Assembly: GCA_947624365.1 (NCBI GenBank)
Contig: CANQJY010000002.1
Coordinates: forward strand, 1-36,720
From: an uncultured Clostridia bacterium
GTDB lineage: Bacteria; Bacillota; Clostridia; TANB77; CAG-508
Direction of reading: 5' to 3'
Length of the DNA: 36,720 nucleotides
Under the pieces are notes generated by a model. The model had not been told where the DNA came from and searched no databases. It saw nothing but the letters and a program-made list of their open reading frames with translations. A program made the translations under genes and the position numbers. The first letter of the stretch is position 1. Each line of letters begins with the position of its first letter. Shown in pieces: positions 20,201-26,057 of the stretch.

Positions 20201-21739
20201 ATTTTTATGCATACATACTCCAACAATATCATTTGACTTTACACCTTGATTAGAAAGGTAATGTGCTAATTGATTTGCTTTTTTATCTAATTGACTATAA
20301 GTAAGTCGTGTATCTTGATAAACACATGCTATACTATCTGGATGAAGTCTTACCTGTTTTTGAAAAAGGTCTATAATAGTGCAATCCAAAGGACAATCTA
20401 AAAAGCCAGATTGAAGATTTTGAGTCAATTGTAATCTTTCTTTATCTGTTATAAATTGCACATTTTGAAGTAATATATCAGGCATAGATACAACCTGTTC
20501 AATCATAGAACATAAACGATTGTGCCAAACCATTACATCAGCTTGAGTATATTTAGAATTAACGAAATCATAATCTACTTCCAAACTACCAATATCATTT
20601 AAATCATACAAGTGAATACTAATATCATTCATACAATTACCAGTAAAAGCCCAATTTAACTCACAATCCCCATTATCATGAGACAAAGTTTTTGTAATTT
20701 GATAAGAAACAGCAATATTATATAAATGAGAAATAGAATTATCTTTATTACCCAAATCTTCCATCAATTGAGAATAAGGATATTTCTGATGGCGCAAAAT
20801 AGAGGTAAAAGCAGAGCGATTTGCTTCTAAAAATTCTGAAAAGCGCATATTTTTAAAAACATGAGTACGAAAAGGAACAGTAGTTACAAACATACCAGTA
20901 GAACGTTTTTCCTTAAAATTTGCGCGATTTAATATTGGTGTACCAATAAGTACATCATCAACATTGCCAGCATTTGCTAAAAATAGTGAAATTACTGACA
21001 TAAAAAATACATAATTAGAAACACGAAAGTCTGAACATAATTTATTGATACGTTCCATAATTTGTTTGTCCAAACGAAATGTAAGCCTAGAACCATCAGG
21101 AGAATCCACAAAATTATCTGATAAAGAAGGAATACTAGTAGGAGTAGGTGGATCCTGTAGATAAGACATCCAAAAAGTTTTATCTTTCTGAAAATTTTTG
21201 CTATCCAAATATTTTTGTTCTGCTAATATATGTTCAGTATATGAAACAGTATCAGAAACATAATCTTTATTAGATAATAGACAATGATAAATTTTTACAA
21301 TTTCCTGAATAGTGATACCCATAGACCACGAATCAGAAATAATATGATGTAAATTTAAAACAACTGCTACATATCCATTAGGAAATACAGCAAGTTTAAA
21401 AGTAAAAAGACGAGAATCAAGCAATGAAAACGTCTCTTTTACAAATTCTTCTTCAAAAGACATGAGATATTCAGTAGAAGGTAGATTTACAACAGAAATA
21501 TCATCTACTCCATATATATCATCAGCAGCAATATATTGGAAAGGTTCACTATCATTTACAGTTAGGCGAATACGAAAACTATCATTTTCTTGTACAAGAC
21601 GTACAATAGCCTGTTTTAACAAAGGAATATCAACTTTTTCTTTTATTAAACCAGAACCGCAAATATTACAAGCATTTGAATCTTTTAAAAATTGCTGTGA
21701 AAACCAAATATTTAATTGAGGATTTGTTAATTTAAACAT
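14297..21739 (-). CDS. Dimodular nonribosomal peptide synthetase, C-A-T-C-A-T-R (terminal thioester reductase)
   Basis: Motifs in order, numbered from the ORF-track Met at 21751. C1: HHIISDS (135-141). A1: YTSGSTGRPKG (604-614), NGYGPTE, YRTGD, NGKID. T1: LGMDS (Ser996). C2: HHIILDG (1179-1185). A2: YTSGSTGKPKG (1641-1651), NIYGPSE, YKSGD. T2: IGGDS (Ser2034). R: GGTGYVG (2113-2119) and YTITK (2283-2287). A GGAG 6 nt upstream favours Met5 (21739) as the start. Confidence 0.95.
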   Translation of the reverse strand: MFKLTNPQLNIWFSQQFLKDSNACNICGSGLIKEKVDIPLLKQAIVRLVQENDSFRIRLTVNDSEPFQYIAADDIYGVDDISVVNLPSTEYLMSFEEEFVKETFSLLDSRLFTFKLAVFPNGYVAVVLNLHHIISDSWSMGITIQEIVKIYHCLLSNKDYVSDTVSYTEHILAEQKYLDSKNFQKDKTFWMSYLQDPPTPTSIPSLSDNFVDSPDGSRLTFRLDKQIMERINKLCSDFRVSNYVFFMSVISLFLANAGNVDDVLIGTPILNRANFKEKRSTGMFVTTVPFRTHVFKNMRFSEFLEANRSAFTSILRHQKYPYSQLMEDLGNKDNSISHLYNIAVSYQITKTLSHDNGDCELNWAFTGNCMNDISIHLYDLNDIGSLEVDYDFVNSKYTQADVMVWHNRLCSMIEQVVSMPDILLQNVQFITDKERLQLTQNLQSGFLDCPLDCTIIDLFQKQVRLHPDSIACVYQDTRLTYSQLDKKANQLAHYLSNQGVKSNDIVGVCMHKNDFFVISILAILKLGAAYLPMSFDYPEDRIRYILTDSHAKLFLTDQLFKLNDIKNLVVSRATDISLDDYSSDSLHVSIASNRLCYVIYTSGSTGRPKGVMLTHRNLVNFLYTFSNCFENGFSNEDVCLSSTNISFDVSVCELFTPLCFGATLVLYPQNTLTDIPLLCELLEEEQITFLYIPPNILNDVYNYVYSHCSTIALNKMLVGVEAIKKADLRKYFNLNENIEIVNGYGPTEATICSTFYKYTKEDDSDGIVPIGYPLKNNIIVVINHFGNIMPIGYPGELCISGENVSKGYLHNVSMNEKSYILLPGFGSSLFYRTGDIVRWDKKGYLCFMGRNDSQIKLHGHRIELQEITNRLKNISGVKNALILVKSIEKIDCLCAYVILEDNSLSIENLKLELSKLLPYYMIPSHFILLDKFPVTKNGKIDISTLPDFADFRRDFVGPTNSMQAKLHDSLCHLLGLKQISIDENFFTLGMDSLQGIRFCLEIEGFSGKAISITDLFQYPTIQSLAIFLSGKDKKDCIVKLKKATPMPSYPLSSAQERIYYATKMAGDSLVYHVSGGILINDLLDIQKIREAFSELVERHPIFRTYFKIENGEVRQFILKHVNLDIPYYDDGISTPEYISELVDNFPKIFDLDFAPLLRVEVHYINSSTLILLDSHHIILDGTSLYILLSDFCKLYQGQELDKSRYSYTDYTMWENDMFSSEAFLDYQEYWKNKFKDLSIPVINLPYDYPVTNQKSYDGERLTFKFDTDLFNAISDIASNHHVSEYMVFLSALYLLLYLYTGQETLIIGSPIESRYHKELNNMIGMFVNNVVLAIDINSDCSFLDLLQQVKETVLDGLSHQPYPYNTFVKDINVPANSSVFDVVFTYQNEEVEQISLNNKSVELYGAHTHTAKFPLTVEINPSTLEISFEYQTALFAEETIDSLYKHYLYILQHLSSFMDLPLHKIPALTEEENNLLQSFNNTAGDIEYNSFVEIFENQVMLHPEDIAIICDGKNLTYKELNKKANSLAHYLISQGIKPNDIVCIMTNRSFETIVCMLGILKAGAAFLNVDPTYPIERTKYYLKDCKAKYVLVQKSLKKLVKNIEHCIEIDLDSPIYLKHFNNPNVTVNSMDLSYVIYTSGSTGKPKGVMLHQIGLANMVIAMGKVLEYLKDGNEHCLVSVTSTPFDIFVYEILVSLGHGLRILMANNEEHRNPILLDKLIKQYGGDVMTVTPSLMKINYDNRVSPSALSQIKHMVFGGEPLPEKFVKDLRELSDNVTIYNIYGPSEITVLCNVQNLNGEDRITIGPPILNTQIHILDKYLRPVPIGVVGEIYISGIQVGLGYLGKPDMTHDKFIDNPFGTGKMYKSGDIGKWTFDGKVQCLGRIDNQIKLRGLRIELGEIEGVMEQIPGVISSVAHKVCIEDREFLCGYYVCDENSYITEGDVKDILKKNLPAYMVPTYIFRLEEMPYTINRKIDRKALPIPDINERKVAKIIDEIKTPNEKKLWNIWKRILHLDDISIYDNFFDIGGDSILAINMQIDALREGFDFEYADIFNFPTIHQLSAKTRHRLQKGDIENYNYQKFDELLSKNSEEYLNSIKKVDTGNVFLIGGTGYVGAHLIGSFLKRKTGDIYCLIRKKDNIIPYERLKNTLQYYFGEAFYDQYSFRIHVIEGDITEQNLSLSEEDTNLLKQEVSTVIHAGAIVKHYGNKELFENINILGTANVVSWCKEFNKRLFHISTISVSGNGEKEEAIVETSENINDKVIFSEKDLFVGQHLKGIYTITKFKAERIVLEAILDGLDAMILRIGNISNRYRDGRFQRNIDENAFAKRIQSFVKLGAFPAYALQHEVEVTPVDLCADAIIRLTGYTSDCTVLHIYDTKLLSLQLFADTLTEFGYNILPVSNEEMTKLINEILEDDDKKQILSGIIHDLDSQKQLVYTSRIRLDSTFSEKFLQSIGFYWKNIDKNYIIQYIKYFKRMKFL

Positions 21740-21771
21740 CTTTTTCTCCATTTACACATCTTTGTCAATTT

Positions 21772-21845
21772 TGTCCATTTTGGGACGGTCCTTTTTTGGA
21801 CATTTTGAAACAAATGTCCAAAAAAGGACCGTCCCAAAATGGACA
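21772..21845. repeat. Perfect palindrome (31-bp core arms, extendable to 34 bp) in the NRPS leader, possibly a MITE-like element
   Basis: GTCCATTTTGGGACGGTCCTTTTTTGGACAT (21773-21803) is the exact reverse complement of 21814-21844. Each arm is two tandem GTCC-N6-GGAC units. It is flanked by the direct repeat ACACATCTTT (21754-21763 and 21848-21857). Confidence 0.9.
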
Positions 21846-21866
21846 TGACACATCTTTATTAAGGCA

Positions 21867-21895
21867 ATTATATAAATAACACAAAAAAAATGCAA
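21867..21895 (-). promoter_or_regulatory. Sigma-A-type promoter for the NRPS-HK-RR operon
   Basis: On the minus strand: TTGCAT (21895-21890), 17-bp spacer, TATAAT (21872-21867). The predicted TSS near 21860 puts the palindrome inside the 5' leader. Confidence 0.5.
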
Positions 21896-21966
21896 TAGTT
21901 TAGAAAATAAATTTCATAAAATGTCGAAATTTATCAAATTTTGCGATGAAAAGTTAACGGAAACAA

Positions 21967-21995
21967 TTGAAAAACACTACATTTTATGTTAATAT
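21967..21995 (+). promoter_or_regulatory. Divergent sigma-A-type promoter for the Rpn-like gene
   Basis: TTGAAA (21967-21972), 17-bp spacer, extended -10 TGtTAATAT (21987-21995). Confidence 0.45.
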
Positions 21996-22027
21996 ATGCA
22001 TACCATATTGACCAAAGGAGAAGTACA

Positions 22028-22678
22028 ATGAAAATATTTACATACGAAGAATATATAGAATATAAAAAGCAAGTAAAAATATATGCAGATAAACATTTTA
22101 AACTTAGCATAGAAAAACAAATTTTTTTAGAAATGTATAATGGAAAAGAAGAATTAAAGACCGGTGAAATATACGAGTATTGGAAAAATTCAAAAAGAAA
22201 AATAAATAATATACAATTACAAAAAAAATTAGAAAATAAAACAAAAATAATTCCTATTATCAATAATGCCGTAAAAGATAATTTACACCTTACACCAGAG
22301 ATGCTACAAATGTATAAATCTAGCTATATAAATACAATGTTTCAAAATGGCCAAATAAGTATTATATATCGAATTATTGGAACTAATATATTTTTTTTAA
22401 TTACGCATCAAGAGAAAATTGATTATACTATGCCAGCAAGAATTCTTAGTTATATTATAGGAGTTATAGATAAAGCATTAAAAAATGTTGAAATTAGAAG
22501 ACATATGAAAATCCCAACAGTTATACCTATTATAGTATATACGGGAAACGAACAATGGAATATGGAACAATTTATAAAAAATAGTCAAAAAAAGCTATAC
22601 CCATTTCAAAAAATAGGTTTAGGAGAATATAATATTTTAAAAATGTTTAAAAATAAAAATAATTGGGAACACTTGTAA
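22028..22678 (+). CDS. Rpn/YhgA-like PD-(D/E)XK family protein (putative transposase/recombination-promoting nuclease family), truncated and probably catalytically degenerate
   Basis: YKSSYIN...ISIIYRIIGTNIFFLITHQEKIDYTMPARILSY...IPTVIPIIVYTGNEQW matches the clostridial Rpn core pattern (xDIVYK...LIEHQSxIDYSMPxRxxxY...PxVIPIVLYTGxxxW). AAAGGAG RBS before the ATG at 22028. Confidence 0.6.
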   Translation: MKIFTYEEYIEYKKQVKIYADKHFKLSIEKQIFLEMYNGKEELKTGEIYEYWKNSKRKINNIQLQKKLENKTKIIPIINNAVKDNLHLTPEMLQMYKSSYINTMFQNGQISIIYRIIGTNIFFLITHQEKIDYTMPARILSYIIGVIDKALKNVEIRRHMKIPTVIPIIVYTGNEQWNMEQFIKNSQKKLYPFQKIGLGEYNILKMFKNKNNWEHL

Positions 22679-22690
22679 CGAGGTGTTTTC

Positions 22691-23827
22691 ATGAAAAGTA
22701 AAAGAGGAAAAAGGACAGATCCAAAAAAAAGAATATTAATAATAGCAATTATTTTAATATTATTATGGATAAGCGCATTCTATATTTATACTACATATAA
22801 AAATATAGAAATTGAACCTTCAACATATGAAACATCAAGAGTATTATCCACACCAAACGAACAAACTGTGGAAAACACAGAAGAAAAAAGCAAAACTATT
22901 TCAGATATGATAGAAGAAACAACTAAAAATGTTGTAGGAATATCAAAATTAAGAAACACAGGGAATTCAATTTTAACTTCAAGTAATGAAGCAGAGTTAG
23001 GTTTAGGAACAGGAGTAATTGTAACTGATAATGGATATATACTAAGTAATGAGCATGTAACTGGAAGCAAATATAGTAAATGTTATATAACTTTAGAAAA
23101 CGGACAAAATTATGAAGGAATAGTTGCATGGAGTGATACAGATTTAGATTTATCTCTAACAAAAATTGCAGCTAAAAATTTATCATATGCAAAATTAGGT
23201 GACTCTAGCCAAATAAGGGTAGGAGAAACGGTATATGCAATTGGAAACCCAATTGGATTTGAATTTAGAAGAACTGTAACATCAGGAATTATTAGTGCCA
23301 AAAATAGAAGCATTAAAATAGAAGAAGAAAACAATGAAGCATACATGTCAGACCTTATTCAAACAGATGCAACAATTAACCCTGGAAACAGTGGAGGACC
23401 ACTTATCACGCCAAATGGTGAAGTGATTGGAATTAACACAGTAAAAATAACAACAGCAGAAGGAATAGGGTTTGCTGTTCCAATCAATACTGTAAAAAGT
23501 ATTATTGAAAATTATCAAAAACAAGGAAGTTATGAACAAGCAACAATCGGAATTTATGCATATGACAAAGAAGTAATACCGTATTTAAATAGTAATATTT
23601 CTTTTGAACAGGGAATTTATATAGCACAAATTACGCCAAATGGACCTGCAGACAAAACTGGATTGCAAGAAAAAGATATAATATTATCTATTGATGAAAA
23701 ACAATTAAATACGATGAACGATCTAAGAGAATACATTTATACAAAAAAACCAGGAGACCAAGTAACATTAAAAATAGCTAGAGGAAAAATTAATAAAGAA
23801 ATTAGCATAACACTTGGGAAGAAATAA
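22691..23827 (+). CDS. htrA: HtrA/DegP-family serine protease (trypsin-like domain + PDZ), membrane anchored
   Basis: N-terminal TM. Catalytic His (SNEHV), Asp (TDLDLSL) and Ser (GNSGGPL). C-terminal PDZ (GIYIAQITPNGPADKTGLQEKDIILSID). Confidence 0.9.
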   Translation: MKSKRGKRTDPKKRILIIAIILILLWISAFYIYTTYKNIEIEPSTYETSRVLSTPNEQTVENTEEKSKTISDMIEETTKNVVGISKLRNTGNSILTSSNEAELGLGTGVIVTDNGYILSNEHVTGSKYSKCYITLENGQNYEGIVAWSDTDLDLSLTKIAAKNLSYAKLGDSSQIRVGETVYAIGNPIGFEFRRTVTSGIISAKNRSIKIEEENNEAYMSDLIQTDATINPGNSGGPLITPNGEVIGINTVKITTAEGIGFAVPINTVKSIIENYQKQGSYEQATIGIYAYDKEVIPYLNSNISFEQGIYIAQITPNGPADKTGLQEKDIILSIDEKQLNTMNDLREYIYTKKPGDQVTLKIARGKINKEISITLGKK

Positions 23828-23828
23828 C

Positions 23829-23866
23829 ACTAGCCTTTACAAAATTTTTAAAGGCTAGTATTTTTA
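23829..23866. terminator. Bidirectional terminator between convergent htrA-like and M23 peptidase genes
   Basis: actagccttt / aaaggctagt stem, T-tract after it. Confidence 0.65.
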
Positions 23867-23871
23867 TAAGT

Positions 23872-24750
23872 TTATTCTTCTAAATTTTTCTCCATAAAAT
23901 CAAATTTTCTTGCATAATCTTTTGTTACAGAATTTGCCATATATACACTAGAGCGATTTTTTTTCAAAAATTCCACAATTTGATAAACATCTATCCAAAT
24001 TTCGTTAGGGCTATCTACTTGAGATTCATCAAAAATTAATTGCAGACCAAAATGCAAATGAGGAACATTAATGTTATTCACATTTTCCTTTACACTATAT
24101 CCAGTCATTCCTAAATAACCAATTACATCACCAGCTTTTACAATAGAGCCTTCCTCTAAATTTTCAACATATGGATGATTTTTTCGTAAATGAGCATAAT
24201 AATAGTAGCGTTTACCGTCAAAACTACGAATACCAACACGCCAACCTCCATATTGATTCCAACCAAGATGTTCTACAATACCAGACTCAACGGCAATTAT
24301 AGGAGTACCAATAGAACCCATTAAATCATTTCCTAAAACAGCAGAATAACTTTCATAATAATAATCATAAAATTTTAAATCAGAAGTCAAATCAGACATA
24401 TTTTGGCCATTTTTTAATTGTGTAATTAGATTATTCAAATCTTTTTTACTATAATTTTTAAAATTGCCACCATTTTTACAAGCTAAGTATGCTAAAAGTT
24501 CAATCCAATTATAAACAATTCCATCCTCAGTTTCGTTTTGATGAGAATCAATATCTAATTTAGAAGTATCTAACAAGGCTTGGCAAGACACATTAAAATC
24601 TACCCATTTGATAAAATCTTTTTTTTCAGAAGGAGTTTCTTGAGTAGCGGAAATTGCAAAAGAATATACAAAAATTGAGGCTATCGTGAAAATTAAAATA
24701 GAACAAAAAATAAAAATTTTTTTAGAAATTTTAAATGATCTAATAAACAT
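23872..24750 (-). CDS. M23-family metallopeptidase (LytM/peptidoglycan endopeptidase type), N-terminal TM/signal anchor
   Basis: YYYAHL...GDVIGYLGMTGYS...PHLHFGLQ (HxH) motifs. GGGGGG RBS. Confidence 0.8.
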   Translation of the reverse strand: MFIRSFKISKKIFIFCSILIFTIASIFVYSFAISATQETPSEKKDFIKWVDFNVSCQALLDTSKLDIDSHQNETEDGIVYNWIELLAYLACKNGGNFKNYSKKDLNNLITQLKNGQNMSDLTSDLKFYDYYYESYSAVLGNDLMGSIGTPIIAVESGIVEHLGWNQYGGWRVGIRSFDGKRYYYYAHLRKNHPYVENLEEGSIVKAGDVIGYLGMTGYSVKENVNNINVPHLHFGLQLIFDESQVDSPNEIWIDVYQIVEFLKKNRSSVYMANSVTKDYARKFDFMEKNLEE

Positions 24751-24829
24751 GAAAAGCCCCCCTTAAAATACATATTGTAAAATTTTGAATGTTATGATAA
24801 AATATCGCTAGAAAAGTGAGGAGAATGTT

Positions 24830-25447
24830 ATGAAAGATACAGACATATTCATTTTTGGGGATAGTATTACATATGGAGAAGGAGACAACGAAAAATGTGG
24901 ATGGGTAAATCGTCTTAGATTAAATTTAGAAACTAATACTCAAAGAGATTTTTATGTTTATAATTTAGGCATATCAGGAGATATTTCAGAAGGCATAAGA
25001 AAACGATTTGATTTTGAAATACAAACAAGAAAAGATGAAGAAAATGAAACAATAATTATCTTTGCTATAGGGATTAACGATACACAAGATATTAATGGAA
25101 AAGATAGAGTAACAATAGAGAAATTTGCAGAAAATATATTGTATTTAATTAAACAAGCAAAAAAATATTCTAACAAAATTTTATTTATTGGACTTTCAAA
25201 AGTAGATGAAACAAAAGTAGTGCCAGTACCATGGAGCCAAGAAAAGAGATATTTTAATAGAAAAATTATTCAATTTGACAATAAATTAAAAGAAATTTGC
25301 CAACAAAATGAGATTAGATATTTTTATATGTATGATAAACTAACCTTAGATAAGTTAGCAGATGGGCTTCATCCAAATAGCAATGGACATCAGATAATCT
25401 GTGATAAAATAATAGAGGAAATAAAAATCCTTGACAAGGAAAAATAG
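24830..25447 (+). CDS. SGNH/GDSL-family hydrolase
   Basis: Block I FGDSITYG, block III GINDT, block V DGLHPNSNGH. GAGGAG RBS. Confidence 0.85.
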   Translation: MKDTDIFIFGDSITYGEGDNEKCGWVNRLRLNLETNTQRDFYVYNLGISGDISEGIRKRFDFEIQTRKDEENETIIIFAIGINDTQDINGKDRVTIEKFAENILYLIKQAKKYSNKILFIGLSKVDETKVVPVPWSQEKRYFNRKIIQFDNKLKEICQQNEIRYFYMYDKLTLDKLADGLHPNSNGHQIICDKIIEEIKILDKEK

Positions 25448-25483
25448 CGAATATATAATAAAAAAGAAAAGGAGAGATAAACA

Positions 25484-25747
25484 ATGGAATATATAATGGA
25501 AACAGAAAATACATGTGCAAAAAGAGTGAAATTCACACTAAATGGAAATGTTGTAACAAATGTACAGTTTTTAGATGGAGGATGTCCAGGAAACTTACAA
25601 GCACTTCCAAGATTACTAGAAGGAATGACAGTTGAAGAAATTGAAGAAAAAATAGGAGGAATTAAGTGCGGATATAGAGGAACATCTTGTGCAGACCAAT
25701 TAGTAAGAGCAGTAAAGAAAGCATATGAGCAATCAAAAAAAGCTTAA
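25484..25747 (+). CDS. Small TSCPD-domain protein (TIGR03905-like)
   Basis: GGCPGNLQALPRLLEGMTVEE...CGYRGTSCADQL. AAGGAGAG RBS. Confidence 0.75.
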   Translation: MEYIMETENTCAKRVKFTLNGNVVTNVQFLDGGCPGNLQALPRLLEGMTVEEIEEKIGGIKCGYRGTSCADQLVRAVKKAYEQSKKA

Positions 25748-25763
25748 AATATAGAGAATAAAG

Positions 25764-25795
25764 AAAGCAGGCTTTAAAACAAAGGCCTGCTTTTG
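25764..25795 (+). terminator. Rho-independent terminator
   Basis: agcaggc / gcctgct stem followed by tttt. Confidence 0.6.
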
Positions 25796-26057
25796 TATCT
25801 TCATTATCAAAAACAAAAATTTGTCAAATATTTTTTCCTAGCTCATATGCATCTTGAATTTCCTTTTGGTGATATGTAAGTAAATCCGTCAAATTACTTG
25901 TTTGTGTAACAGATATTCTTCCAATAGGTATTATTTCCATATGTCCAAAATAATGTTCAATCGAATTGATAATGTTAATCTTTTCTATAAATTGCAATTC
26001 TAAAATTTTTATGCTATTATTTAAACATAGTGAGTAGAAAGAGAGAAAAAAATATTT

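Noticed and set aside
21773-21844. CRISPR array, considered because of repeated roughly 31-bp units
   Set aside because: There are only two adjacent units, and they are inverted and not direct. The 10-bp loop is not a spacer, there are no cas genes, and the third copy is 7 kb away.
21934-22263. 109-aa minus-strand ORF spanning the NRPS/Rpn intergenic region
   Set aside because: It overlaps the Rpn-like gene start and its promoter. It has a hydrophobic low-complexity translation, no RBS, and no room for its own promoter.
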